DNA of 64,000 bases from Marsupella aquatica (lineage: Eukaryota; Plantae; Marchantiophyta), in the NCBI GenBank assembly GCA_973895155.1, contig OZ316897.1:15809375-15873374 (forward strand), read 5' to 3'. The translations under genes and the position numbers were made by a program. Below, piece by piece: positions 14,311-28,340 of the stretch. Every line of letters begins with the position of its first letter. Position 1 is the first letter of the stretch. A model generated the notes under the pieces. That model worked only from the letters and a program-made list of their open reading frames with translations, made no database searches and was not told the origin of the DNA.

Positions 14311-14764
14311 ATGTTTTATAAAATATTCTATAATTTTAATAAAAATTCTAAAATGCTGGCTAGTTTGAATGTAGACCCTTGTATTAAAAACAATTCATAT
14401 AATTTGGGCTTGATCAAGTTTTTTAGAATATATTTCTGGATTGCTTGAGTTGAGAGGTACAAGACTTTGATTCTGAGACAAAAATGAAACCTAACATGAC
14501 GGTCAATTGGATATAAGGACATTATAAGTAATTTAAAACTTGGATTATAAAAGAAAAAGTTGCATACCTGGAGATGAAAGCCAAGTCAGAAGATTGTTGC
14601 ATCATTTAATTATATGTAGGGCAATGGATACTTCGATCAGAAGAACATCACCATGTAAGTATATGTAGGGGCATACTTCGATCTTAATATTTATTGCTCC
14701 TAAGTCACCCATGCCTCCCCATAATTAAAGGGACCAGGCTTGCCACCTAGCTAGCAGATTGGGT

Positions 14765-15172
14765 CTAATCAAGCCTGGCAAGTTCCCACTTGCTAGTATC
14801 TAGAGGGCAGCTGGGCATATCCGTCAGCCACCTAGAGATACAATGGGAATGGAAAGCATGGTTGCAAATACCCCGAGCAATTCGGCATTCAGTTAATTGA
14901 CCATGCTGGCATTCAACGCAAGGTTCCATTATAAGGTTCTTACAGACCCCACAGTTGTCTACTGAGACATCCCAAGTCCATGAGGCCACGGCATCCCAAC
15001 TAGTGAGGACAAAACGCGGTCCAGAACGCTCCTTCGGGCTTGGTTGGGCACTGCTGCTTGCTTCACCCACCCCGGCGGGCTTGACATCCTTCTCTTTTCC
15101 AGATCCAGCATTGGTGATCTCATCACCCTTGCCCATCTCGTTGGTAGTCTTGTCTGCCATGCTGCTCTTCAC
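14765..15172 (-). CDS. RBX1/ROC1-like RING-H2 protein (divergent, intronless paralog)
   Basis: RFVLTSWDAVASWTWDVSVDNCGVCKNLIMEPCVECQ...CRIARGICNHAFHSHCISRWL...CPLD..KWE aligns to RBX1 ([37 protein letters not shown]...CNHAFHFHCISRWL...CPLD..EWE). The Zn ligands are retained. Confidence 0.88.
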   Translation of the reverse strand: MKSSMADKTTNEMGKGDEITNAGSGKEKDVKPAGVGEASSSAQPSPKERSGPRFVLTSWDAVASWTWDVSVDNCGVCKNLIMEPCVECQHGQLTECRIARGICNHAFHSHCISRWLTDMPSCPLDTSKWELARLD

Positions 15173-16286
15173 GTTGGTATATAAACCCTTGGCTTCTGCT
15201 CAGCTCAATATCTTTGGCTGCTCGTCAGCTGTTCACAGTTTGAGTACCTGTTTCACAATATTAATGTTCCTGAAGTTAAGAGCCGTGCCGGGCCACTAAG
15301 GTTAAACAACTGACAGCGAAGAAGATATTCCTAACCATATATATATAGGCAACGTAAATTCATTTCGGTTCATTACGTACCCCTTGCCAAGACGTGATCG
15401 AGGGGCTTCAAAAGAAATGGACCATCTACGGACTGAGACATCGAACGAATCCCAAGCGTCTCACAATAAACCATCTAGCCGATCGATAATTATATTAGCC
15501 GTATCGTTGAATTTGCAGATGTACGTACAGGGTTTAGGTGTGTACCTGATATTACTTACTTCTGGCGCACTGACTCGGCTTAGCGCGCGACACCCAATGC
15601 AGGGAAACTCTCCTATGATGAGAGGGAATTAATACTGAGGTAACGATCTCCTCATATACTCGGAGGGGCAGTTTTCAGAGACGGACTAAGGGCAGAAAGA
15701 ATGCGCACATCCTTTTGGAACTCGATCCGCTGCGGTTGGCAGGAAATGAAGACTAGCCAATGACAAAGTGAGATGAAGAGTACAGACTGACCACAGACTA
15801 CTGTGGACCTTCTGTGATTTTGTCGACCTGGATTCTCTAGATGCAAAACTCTGTCTTCTTCTAGGTAAGTTGTCGAAATGACTGCCTAGAGATGAACAAT
15901 GAAGCCGCAAACAAGGTTGAACCTGAGGTTGAGTTCGTGATAGATTACTTTGCTATATAAGACGTTATCCATTTTCCATTAGGCTTTTAGTGGCTACCCA
16001 TTGGTGACTAACCAGTACATGCATCTCAGTTAAACCACCACCACTGGCCATATATATAGAAAGATAAGTGTCCAATACTTCTCCCTTTTTCACATTACTC
16101 TCCTCTAGGGTAAGATTTTGCTCCACAATTTCAAGAAAAAGGTGGATCCAAGTTATGTCATGGGCAATGGTGCAACCCGATTTAACAACTAACTCGAATG
16201 ATTGGTGACTACTAATCATAATGCAAGCTCTTATGGAACACTTTTAATTTGTCATGTACAATGGTGCTTTAAGGCTAGGCAAAACT

Positions 16287-19200
16287 GTCACGTCCCCGGT
16301 AGTAAATCTACCACGTACCTAAATTCACCTATTTGTCACTGATTGGTGACTACCAATGAAAGTGCAACCCGGTTTAACAATTATCTCCTGATTGGTGACT
16401 ACTAATGAAAGTGCAAGCTCTTATGAAATTCTCATTTTCAAGTTCAATTCTTGTACTGCACCTTCAAGATCCTCCACGAGCTATGGCACACATCCACAGC
16501 TTTTGCAACAGTGCGGACTAGATGCTCTATTGATGATCATGTAAAACTCATCTTTCGAAAATTCTTATTCTGACGGCAACAGTCAGGTGACCCGGCCAGT
16601 AGCATCGAACAAAGGGGTGCAAGTGGACAAAATCACATAGGGGTTTCGAGGAAGCAATTTATTGTACGCACACATATGTGCTGAGCGTGGTGGTAGGTGG
16701 GAAAACGATAATGGGTGAAGCCTACTGTAATCTCCACGTAAGGTGGTAAGTGACCCCCTTCTTGCTCAGGAGAAGATTGAGAAGGAGAAAGAGAACGAGG
16801 AGTCTGATGATGATGTATGAAGGGGAAGAAAATCCCAATGAGAAAGGCCCGAAGGCATAGCGTGAATGAGGGAAGCAAGGAATTACCTGTCACGGCCTTA
16901 CTTAGGAAGAGGAGGTGCGTGGCGCTTCTCGACAAAAAACAAATTAAGATCGAGGAGGAAGAAGAGGCTTTGGAAGCCCCAAGCAAGTATGTGTATCTAT
17001 CACCAGTTGTTGCTAACTGGGCTGCCACCGCAGACGATCAAAGCTCACCACCTTCAAGAAAAGGATTAATTAGATTCTTGAGAATCACAAAAATCACTAT
17101 CAACCAAAAGGCGCAAATCAAGCAATTAGAGACTGAGCTTGCCCCAAGCCAGATGATGCGGATCATCCTTGAACAAAGGACAGTACACAAGAAGAATTGG
17201 TCAAAGCGCAAGGAGTTGTAATTTGGGATTTCGGTGTTGCTGTTAGAACAATTAAGTAGTAAATCGTGCGGAAGGAAGCAAAGACGCTGCGCACCAGTTG
17301 CAGCAAAGACCGAAGAGTCCAAGGAGTTGAGTTGGTTTGTCGACATACTACCTCACACTAAGAGGGCTGGCCGCGCGGGCAAGAGCTCAATGCCTAATTG
17401 ATCGATGCATGAGGGCCCAAGGAGTCGTCTTAAGCCAGCCAGAATAGAGAAGAGAAAAAGCGAACAGCAGGCCGGGGGATAAGGGGCTGGAAGAATTGCG
17501 CGTGTCAGCACCATACCTAATGTGTGGGGTACACCGATGAACTCCTAAGGAGCACCTGATGCCGCCTTAATCGAGAAAAAGCTACAGCACGTACGTAGAT
17601 AAGGAGCTGGAAGAACTGGTTCAGCACCATGCCCAATATGTGAGGTGGCAGACACAAAGTTGGCCAAGGTCACAATGGTCACGGCCGCAAACAAGTGGCT
17701 GCATGCATGGAGGTCGAACGGCCCAGGCTCTTCAACAAAACCACAATGTTGATGGGCATTGTGGAACAATGGGAGGAAGCCCTTCGAGAACCCAGGGACA
17801 AGGCGGATGTGGCTATCCGGGAGAATGAGTCTCTTAGTCGATCTGCTATTTTGTTGTTAGCTTAAGGTTCAATACTTAGTCCAACACCTAGCTTAATAGA
17901 AGCAAGGGGTCGAGTAGGGGCCTTCAGTTGGCCCGGCCTTAAGTTTAGTTTTTGCGAGGCAATTCATGGGTTATCCTGGCCTTAGTTGAGAAGAGAGCAC
18001 TAAAAATCCGGGGCTAGATCCGGACTGATCGAGCTTGTAGGACAAGCGCAAGACCCGGAGCGCAAGGTCGGGCCTTGTTGAAGTAGGGATTAAATTGTTG
18101 TTAATAGTAAGTTATGCTACTCACTTTGAAGTTGAGTCAACTCCATGACTTAAGTCCTTAAAAGTAAACTTTTCCACTCATCATTTCCTCCCTGTGTACG
18201 TAAACATGAGATTAAATCGGGGATTAAATGCAATGTACCTATATAGCCTGAGTACAAAGGTGTAGTAGAGAGTTTATAGAGTACAATGTGGCTGTTAATT
18301 AGATTGCTAAGCCAATTATATAGTTTAATACCTGCAATCTGCAGGTTGTTAGAGTCACCCTTGGCTGAGAAGGCACCTTGAGTGGTGCACTGGTTGCACA
18401 CTAAGGGCGGCATCTGCAAGCCCGGATCATGATTGAGACCATCCACAATTAAAGTCACTGGGAGTTGTGGCTGTGGCCTAGAAGTCCTTTGGGCCAGCTG
18501 GAGTCAATCAGGGTCATTGGCTTATGGGTATGTACTAGCGGCACCCTGGAAAAGTACAAGGAGTTAATATAGATAGGCATGCACTCCTGAGTGCTCGGTT
18601 AAGTGCAAGCACACAACACAAGCACGTCTGAGCTCCTTGCCCGAACCCTAACTCATACAAAATGTTGATGCCTCTCTAATGACAAAATAAAATGACCTCT
18701 CTTCTTTCCAACACAATTTGACAAATATATTCACATCCATACGGATTTGGATACTATCTTAATTACAAAGTGGGGAAACCTTACTCCATCTCTTCCGAGT
18801 GGTGAGAGAAGACTCCCTTCCATGAGTGATCCTTTCAAATTGTCACAATGAATGTATTCTGAGATGGTCGCGGAACCCTCTGGACATGCAACAGGCTTTA
18901 TCCTACACCATGACTCGAATCAACTCTGGGGTAGTAATTCAACTCGTTTCCACAAACCGGTTCACTATTCAAATGATCGGGCCCCAAAACATAGATATTC
19001 CCATCGACAATATCAACACCAAATAGATGATGTGCATGGCAACCATCCAATTTCCCCCCTTGAGGATGGTGAACATCCTACTTGCAAGGGGGTATTGCTA
19101 GGGTGTTCTGACGGATGTGCTCCACTTGCAGGCGTGCAGGTGTTTGTTGTGGCGTCCATGAATCTATTGGCAGATGATGTGCATTGCAACCATCCAATCT

Positions 19201-20480
19201 TCCCCGTGAGGATTGTGTACAGCCCACTTGTGAGGGGGTATTGCTGGGGTATCTGATGGTATTTGTTGGATGTGCGCCAATTGGAGGCATCTAGGTGTCC
19301 ACAGTGTGGCATCCCTGGATCTCGTGTGCAGGTATTTTGAAGGTATCCCTGGGATGTAGTCTTATTGGAGGCGTACATGGGAGGTGGATCCGTGGAAAAA
19401 TTCATGGGGTACTTGGGGTTTCTTCATTCAAATTGAAAGACATACAGATTTGACAATGTTTGATTATTTAGGAGCTGCACGAGTCACAAAACTAGACATA
19501 TATAAACCCCAAGCCCCTTCACCAGACGAGCTTCTAGGTATCTGACTACCTTAGTCTTCACTAACATTATGTGCAGCATTCTCGGGGAATCCTTTGCTTG
19601 CCTTCTGCATTGAGAACCGCTAGATCTCTAATGATTACTTTGTTCTGTTCTAGAGCCCACCTGGCCACCATGTCTAATAACTAAGACACAGTCTTCTTCT
19701 GAGCGTGTTTGGTGAATGGTTTGGGAGAAGTCTTCGATCACTTTGTTTGTATCTGCAACAAACATGCGCAGCTTGGTGTCCACTTTGCATGTCTTCATCA
19801 ATTCCATGGCTCTCATGCAGACCACTAATTTGAAGTCTTTAGTGAGTGTGTCAAAGTCTTGCAAAAATTTTAGAAAGTTAGGGTGGATGTTTAAAAGCAT
19901 TACAATGGCCCTCACATCCAAAAATAACTTACACAGGATATGATCATGAACAAGATTTTTTTATCTGTTTAGTAATGCAGTTGAACTATGTACTTACTAT
20001 GTTTGAGTCTTCAGCAACGTGTGATTTGCTACTGAATCTGCTCCTGGTTCCTTGCACGCACTGAATTTCTGTCTGGTTTTCTAGAACATATAATTATATA
20101 AAATGGGCAGATCATGAAACCCCAAGACCATTATGTTCTACGTCTGGACCACTTCATTATACACAAATGAATGGTGACTATTTTAGACAAAGAACTTGCA
20201 TCTTGAACAGATGGAATGTGTGATCATACCATGTTCTTGAAAGTCAACAACCGTTGTTGTGCATCCTCCTGTACTTTTGTTGAAATTGTCCTAAATGAAG
20301 GTACATTTTCTTTGTCTGGATTCGGAACCTTGCCTCATCGTGTTCTTGTCAACTAAGGGTGAATTGAGGTTACCAATGCTTCCAATGACTCCACCTTGTT
20401 CTTTGTCTTTCTCAATCTTTACCTACCACAACGCAAATCATCAATCAAGTCTCAAAAGTAGCTCTAAGAAACTTTTCAAG
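16287..20480. mobile_element. Heavily decayed LTR-retrotransposon-like remnants
   Basis: TGTCACGTCCC LTR-like start at 16287. Fragmentary minus-strand gag/knuckle/protease-like pieces at about 18800-20400, with an internal duplication of about 123 bp (19025-19290). No intact domain is recognisable. Confidence 0.35.
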
Positions 20481-22249
20481 CATCAATTACAGTAGTACCG
20501 AGGGGAACCTGATCACATTATATCCACCTACAGAATGAAATATTACACGTTCAGATTTATACCTTGTACAAGAGAGGGTTGTTTTTGTCTGCAGTATTGC
20601 TGTCAACTTTTTGTCTCTTTCCCTACATACATACATACCGTAAACTGATTGACTTAATATTGTCACTGTGCAATACATTTACCATATATAATATAAGAGT
20701 GCAGCATGACGATACTTACTTACCTCTTGTGGTTTTGTTTTATCATTAGGGCTCAAATAAACACTTTATTATCCTCATCAGATTTAATGTAAATCTGGGT
20801 GGATGGTAGTCATCCAGAAAATTGAAACCTATCTGTACTCATAGAATGATTGGTGTTAATGAGGGGCGGTAAAAAAGTCTTGCAATTAATTGGAACTATA
20901 TATCAAAATGATGTTGTGCAAGTCATCAATGAAATCTATATGCACTCATAGACGGGCTCAATAGAGTGACTGGTGTGGTTAGTGGCTCAATAGAGTGACT
21001 GGTGTAGTTAATGGCATGGTAAAAGCGGGGGTAAAAGACATGCAATGGAGCTATCAAAATGACATTTGTGCCACTCATGATTGATGGAGGAGACAAGTTA
21101 TGTGGTGCCAAGAGTTCAGTATTAGTTCCCTACCCCTAGGGCAGATTCTACTATCCTATTGGTTCCACTTACACTATGAGCATGGGGATTGGGCATTATT
21201 ATTCACATTTGTGCACTACAAAACCCAAAAGGTGAAGCATATACATGAGTATTGCAACACTAAGGAGGTCATAGATACTAGGAAGCTAGATACTAGTGCT
21301 GCCAACACACCACTCTTGGAAAATCATTCCAGAAATCATTTCAAAGTCATATGACTTTGGAGTGCAGGCTCCGTAAAAATGTTATTGTGTGGATCCCAGT
21401 AAGTTAAATTGTGTGGATGGTGTGCAGTGTGCACCGTTCCTCACCTCGTGGGAGTGGGAGCTCAGGTTTTGGGGCTCCCACTCTAGAAGAATATTGGTCA
21501 GAAAGGGAAAAAAAATGTCAAAGTCAGTCATCTCATCACCATCAATCGTGACTCCTGGCATGGCATACACAAGGACTAGCTACCGGGTACTGATGTACCT
21601 AAGTGACAACCAAGTGTACTCATAGGATGATCGGTGTTAGGGACAGATTAATCAGAGACTTGCAAACTGTTAAAATGACGTTTATGCCAGTCATCTTTGG
21701 TACGTGGATGAGAGAAATTATGCAGCCAAGAATTAAACATTAATATCATTTCCCCTTCGGCACATCCCTCTATTCTTGCTCAGAATAAAAAACGTAAGCC
21801 TTGCCATCTAGTAAGCAGATTGCCTCCGATAAGTCACAAAAAACAAGCCAGAACCACAAGGAATTAGCCAGTGTCTAACATCACTCCGAAAATCTCTTAA
21901 ATAGTAAGTCTTCCGGTTCTATAACTCTATTAAAAGCTACCACACCTAAACGCCTAGTCGTCCTCCTGTCTACAGAGCCCTCTGGGTGTGATACTCTTGC
22001 CCTTGAATCGACCTTCTCCAAATGGTCATATAACCAGAAACTGAAGTTCCTACGAATAAATGTATCAGACAGGTTTGGAAAGCCTGCTATGTCTACAGGA
22101 GTTAATAGACTATTGAGATGAGATGTAGTCTCTTGTATTTCCAACACGATTCGGTATATAAAGTTACATTCATACAGACTTGTATGCTATCTTAATTACC
22201 AAGCAGTGGAACCGCATCCTCTTCCCAATGGTCATACATATCGAAGCTA

Positions 22250-23009
22250 CTTTCTCTGAAGAAAGCTCCTTTCCAATTGCCACAAATTAAATCGATGATG
22301 ATCATGCAACTTCCGGAGCTGCCACAGGCTCGATCATACACCAGGAATGAACTTTGGGGTCGTAAACCTCCTTTCCACGAACTGGTTCCCTATTCAAATG
22401 ACCCCCAGAAACATAAATCTTCCCATCTACGATATTAACATCAAAATCTTGTCTGGCTTCTGTCATATTTGCACATTGCTTCCATTTCCTCCGTCCTGCC
22501 AAATCGAGCATATATGTAGTATTGAAGCTTTTGGCATAATTCTTCATTCTGTACGACGGTGCTCCTCCCAATATGTATATTCTGCAATCCATCGAAACGC
22601 ATTGGCAGTGAACTGGGAATCCTTGGGGAAGACCAGGAATTGGAGGAAGCCTAAACCAAGCATTATCTTTCATCGACAATTCTAGAAAAATTTCGATCTT
22701 AGTGCTAACATCCCGGGCGAAAACAGCATGCGTGTTTACAGATTGAGTGCGGACTCTCGCATCGTGAACTAGGTCACCTTGAATTGCCTTTTCCCAACCC
22801 CGACTTAGGGAATGTAGGGTCGGAATGTCGGTCCAAAAAAGTTTTGGAGTAATCATGTTCAGGGTGATGCCATTGGGGATGCCTGGTAAAAGTTCTTCCT
22901 CGAGGTCGTTAGAACTCAGTGGTGGCACCACTGTCAACCTCTCTACGGTCAACCTCCCTACTGAGACAAACTTTCCGCTCCGCAGCTTCATATTGCTGCA
23001 AACAGTCAA
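22250..23009 (-). pseudogene. F-box/Kelch-repeat protein, intronless, probably frameshifted at the 3' end
   Basis: F-box LLPGIPNGITLNMITPKL...LSRGW. Kelch repeats RIYILGG...WKQCANMTEAR and GKIYVSGG...EVYDPKVHSW. The ORF stops after about two Kelch repeats, and Kelch-like VAIGKEL residues continue beyond the stops. Confidence 0.7.
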
Positions 23010-24074
23010 CCATCTGTAATAGGTTAAAATTCATCCCGGTCAAGAAAGTCTTTGTGAGTTGTTCCAGTTGCAAGCTAGAAGTTAATTGATTAATTAGAAG
23101 TGTTCGGCCGACTCCTAGTAGAAGCACTCAAGTTCACTGCTTCGAGAGTAATGGCTAGCAGGAACTAGTAAAGGCCACACATTTCATTCAGCCCTGCACT
23201 TGAAAACGCAGGTACAGAGTTGACGATCGTTTTCTTCAATGTCAAATTCAAAGACCGGTAGTCACGAATTCGATCTACTGCCCGGCTGTGAATAGAGGCA
23301 TGTAGTTGCCATATGGAGAACGATTTTCCTGACACTAAAGGAGACGCGGGTGCAGACTTCCTACATTAGAGACGGCGAGAGCAACTGAATCGAGAAATTA
23401 AAGGTTGAGAATTCGATCCACAAGCTAGCAATTCTGGACTTTCTCATTCAACACACAGACTAGGAACGATTATAATATATAGATAGCCTAAAAGCTGAAC
23501 ATTTAATTTTCTCCCATTAGATGTGAAGTTATACACACGTAAAATATAATTGGAGCTCAAGGAAACGGACTTAGCTCATCGAAAGGTCCTCACTATTAAT
23601 TAAGCACAAGTTTCGCACAAGTAAAGTAACCACCAAACGTCCAAAGGCAGGAATCTTCTCAGCTCTTGATGCATTCCAAGAATGTGACTAAACCGCACCG
23701 AACCAGAAAAATCATCTCCAAAAATCATCTCCAAAGTACATGTACGTCACCCAAGAAATAGTCTAAAACAACACAAAATTTCTAAAAATTATATTGTCAA
23801 CTACAGTAACGATTCGCACATTGCAACCGAGCTCATCTCTAAGAATATACGAAGAACGTTTGTACTAATTATTGCCAAAGAATAGCTAGCCCGGTCCGGT
23901 CAAGCAAACATAAAGGAACAAAAGTTGTAATAAAAATATTTTGAGGAAACAAACACAATGAAAAGTGTCCACCAAACCTGAAGACCGATTTTTGAATTCC
24001 TATGGGCAAACGAGTTTCGAATGCGATGAACAAGCATGAACATTGGTTAGATGGGGAATAAATACATGATCGGT

Positions 24075-24355
24075 AAAACTGACAAAGAGGTTGAAATTGA
24101 CATGATCGATTAGAAACACCCTAAAATCACCTCCTAAGGTCAGATATATTACCGCAGTAATGAAGGGCAAAACTGATAAATATGTTCAAATTGATATGAC
24201 TCGAAACGCGCAAAATTAACTCCGGAGATCAGATATATCACCACAGTCAGGAATGAAGGACGTCTAAACTGACAAAGATATTGAAACTGACATGATGAGA
24301 AACGCCCTAATTAAAATTACATCCTAAGGTCATCTAGATATATTACCGGAGTAGA
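24075..24355. repeat. Tandem repeat, three copies of about 95 bp
   Basis: aaactga.aaa.a..ttgaaa.tgacatga...gaaac.ccctaa...tcctaaggtca.atatattacc repeated. Confidence 0.7.
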
Positions 24356-25407
24356 GACGACGGCTTGAGAAGGCCAAGATTGCAAATTAAAAACCTTGTC
24401 TGAGTTGTTGCCGTTTGAGTCGATCAGGAAGGCCCAACCGATATCAAACAAGTGAAAAAAGCTCGAGACTATAAGTAGGGGTGAACCGCCACTGAGGCAT
24501 GAGCGATCCGTGCACTGGCATCTGCAAGGAGGGGGGCCGAGGCGAAAGATAAATAGCTTTCAAGTTCGCTGGCAGGCCAAAGAAGAATGACTGTCATATA
24601 TTTTCAACCTAACCTCTTATATAGGTGTGCAGCAGTGAAGTGTGAGAGTTGGAACAAAGAGTGACTAATGACTACACATACGGGGATTAGCCAATGACTG
24701 ATGACATTCACTGCACCACATACTGCTTCCTATCGGGATTCCTATGCTGTCAAGAAGTCGGCACGGCTAATAACAACATGCAACGGACTACTGACGTTCA
24801 TGTATATATATTGGCTAATAACAACGATGTACTCCTGACGAAAGCCAGACCCTGATGACCCTCTCCTTGCATGGCTAAGGGTGTTGTAATCTTGGGGAGG
24901 CAGTTTCAATTTACCTAACACCCGAACTAATACTCGATCAGATTCTCTCCATTGGGCAAGCATGCATGAGACAAAACTGAACTGAAGTGGGTAGTTGGAT
25001 TGAATTAATGAGAAGTACTACTTAGTACCAAATTACCATGACTAGTCTTGACGTTTCTTCGATGATTAACATAATTATCAATAGGGAATTGATTCACCAA
25101 TCTAATATTTCAGATTGATCAATACAATGCAACCAGAGAGGAGCCCGGGGAGGAGCAGTAACATTGAGGGCTTGACACAGGACAATATCTGTCCAGTGGA
25201 GCCAACAAATGTCTTCAAGCAAGCCATTGAAAGCTCCACAGTACGTACTTGTCAAGTACAGGCAAGAGTAAGCTACCAACATGATTGCTACTTTCCAGGC
25301 ATATGTAACTTACCTTTTTTAATTTTGTTTTTCCTAACTAGCCCTTATCCATCAACAATTTTTTTGTGAAACCTCTAGTTCCTGCAAAAGCATCCACCCC
25401 CAATTCA

Positions 25408-25968
25408 GAGTGATTTCCCCAAGGTTGTATCATCCCTTAAGTAATCGCGAAAACATGGCTCCAAAGTGCTCATGGTGCAACTAGTGGTTGGAAAATAGTA
25501 AATATAGTGTCCCGCACCTATTGGAAAGGTTGCCAGCTCCATGGGCCCCATGGGAGTCTAGGGCCCACTTCCAACCCTTATCCCCAAACTGGTCATTTAG
25601 GTTGGTCCATAATGATACCATGAGGGACCTCTGTAATGGCCAGGTATGCAGTCATTTGGTCCAAATGACTGCCAATATGACTGCCAAAATGACCCATATG
25701 ATAGTCATTGGCTTTAATGACACACAATTCCTCCAAAATGACCCAGTGAAGATTACACTACCTATCGGAGTGGCCCCTGGCAAATCCTTAGCAATTTAAT
25801 AGAATATTCCTCACCCAAATGCCAGCACAAATGACATAGGTAAATCGAAGGACAACAACCTTCCACTGGTTTTGCACTTACTCTTAGAGAACAAGAAATC
25901 AACTATTATTTAACTTTGAATGTGGTGGTATACATCCATGGTAACACTTTTGGCAAATCACTCCAAAA
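25408..25968 (+). repeat. Single unit of the ~575-bp repeat tandemly arrayed at 47514-49330
   Basis: gagtgatttcccca...atcatcccttaagtaa...aaaacatggctccaaa...caactagtggttgg...ggcaaatcactccaaa matches the units at 47.5-49.3 kb. Confidence 0.8.
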
Positions 25969-26775
25969 TGTTAGGTATTTACTCAAGGTCTAGGGTTATG
26001 GCATGTAACCGTAGTTAGACTAACCGTAGTCGGAGACGTGGTTAGGTTAACTAGGATGCACACTATATGCCAAGCGGTGTTTGCTTGGATAAATGGAACT
26101 TAGGCTCATTGTTATAGAGCCACTTGAGAGATGAGGAGAGCTTACACTGTGGAGACTTGGTATGGCCGACGGGCTTAGAGTTCAGTAAAGCTCTCTTGTG
26201 TGTTCCCATGGACGTAGCCTCGAGGAGGTGAACCACGTATCTCTTGTGTCGACTACTTGCGCGTTGGATGTGTCATGTGCTTACCGTTATGAGTGTCGTC
26301 TATGCTCAACAATTGGTATCAGAGCATGCCTGGGAGGTGACGTGTGTTCATCACGGGATTTCGTGACGGTTTTTCCAGCGTTGAGTATTGGTGGATTTTC
26401 CGGAGTTCCGCTGCATGGAACTTGGAGTATATGGGCTCAACGGATAGATCGGGGCAAGGGCTTTCTAACGGTGCAAAGAAATTGCTGAACAGAGATTGTG
26501 GTGCGGAGAGATCTAAGTTTTTGTCGTTCTGGAATTTGTGAAGAAAGTTGGCAACATTCGTGTTCGACAGTTTTTTGGAGGAGGGACCAGAGTTTGTTTT
26601 CCCGATGGTGTGAGCTCTACGGCAAAGGAGACGTCACATACTATAGCTCCACTTGTAGATCGGGACGAGCTGGTCGTTTTGGTAGCTGATTTGTTACCAA
26701 GTGAGTACCGTGTGCGACGGGACGAGAAAAAGAAGCGTTCTGATTTTCTGACCGGCTATGAGTCTTCTTTTGCCT
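25969..26775 (+). mobile_element. Truncated Ty1/copia element: 5' LTR (25969-26311), tRNA-Met PBS (26314-26325), degenerate gag start
   Basis: TG...CA segment followed by TGGTATCAGAGC, the canonical initiator-Met PBS. The LTR is homologous to 50735-51185 and about 55350-55745. Confidence 0.75.
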
Positions 26776-27079
26776 GAGCGGGATTTCTCGTCATTGCACT
26801 CGACTCGGAGGGAGAGATGTGAAGTGTTTGGGCTGAACGGATAGATCACACAGAGGTGATCGTTTTGAGTCCAAGATTGACGATTTTGCCCACGGGAGGA
26901 AGGAGTTCTGAGTTTTTGCCACTGATTGACCAGCAAATGGTGCGGGTGCGCAAATCTTTCCAACCCACCGAGATCGGCTTCTGATTCCTCACCGTAATCC
27001 GAAGGATATAAGGTGCAAGCTCTTTTCGTTTGATGTCCACAAGCATTTTTGGATTTCTTACAGGCCAATTTTTTGTTTG

Positions 27080-27084
<5 letters not shown>

Positions 27085-27130
<46 letters not shown>
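27085..27130. repeat. (CT)n microsatellite
   Basis: Perfect dinucleotide run. Confidence 0.97.
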
Positions 27131-27133
<3 letters not shown>

Positions 27134-28340
27134 AGAATAAGCTGACGAGGAGAGGATCAGCCTTGGGCTCAGCATTGGCATGAATATGCCTTTCCTCAAC
27201 AACGAGGACATACAAGAGACAAAGCTACATGACACTTGTAAAAGACAAGATACCTAAAATATATGATATACGTATAGAGCATAGGATACCATGCACATAT
27301 AATATCCACAACCAATGCCCAAACAAAAAGCTTCCCGCTATACTATGACTACCATCTCAACCGTTGATCTATCCACAGAATATCTGGGCCATCTATGCAC
27401 AAGGCAATCTCAAAAGATTACCCTAATATATGACCCCAGCATAGCGGCACTGCCTTCCGCAGGAATAGCCAAAAATATTCTATATCCATATGCCACTTCC
27501 TGCAGTCTACAGAGACACAAGGAATCACCAGAGAAACAGCAAGGCATGGTAGCATGAGTATCGTGCGACACTAGCAGACAACACAAATGGCAAGCAGCTC
27601 GTGAGGTGCCGAGGATCGGAGCACTGGAAGGAGAACGTGCAATGAGCAACTAAATCAACAGCATCCAGCTGACAGTCACTCGGGCTCACAATGAGCTCCC
27701 AACCGGTTCAGGTGCTAGTACATCACAGACACGTAGCTGCATATCTAAAATGTTTGAATGTGCAAAATTACTTGAATGTCTGAATGTCGCCTCTGTATGA
27801 ACAAATGACGATTTAGAATAAATAGAATGTTGTGGTGGCTCGCCTCTTTCCAGCCCATGTCTCCCCGCAGCCGTCTAGACATTGCTGCAGAAACATGGGA
27901 CACGAAATCGTATGAATGAAATATGATCTCACTCTAGTGGCAGGGGCTGAACGAAGACACTGGAGGGGTGAATAGATATCGTCCGTCTATTCCTGGAGAG
28001 AGATTACGGCCTATGCTCAATGCTGTGGACACAGCATTAGAGTAATACTGTCACCCAGTACAGGCCCAGTGAATAATTTCACCTGGGTAATAGCGTAAGG
28101 AGTCTAACTAGTCTAACCTGTAAGCAAGGGCGATCTTTCACTATCACAGAGGAAATTTATGCTTTGATATCGATAACCGGTGAAATCCTATGTCAATGTC
28201 TTTATTAAAGGCTAGATAACTAAACTATCTATATGGTGTAAACTTATGTTCATATGTATCTATATACTCATGTTGTTGCACTGCGAATCAATGGAACAGC
28301 AAACATGTGAACAATAAGACCTATAATTGCAGGGTGTTAT

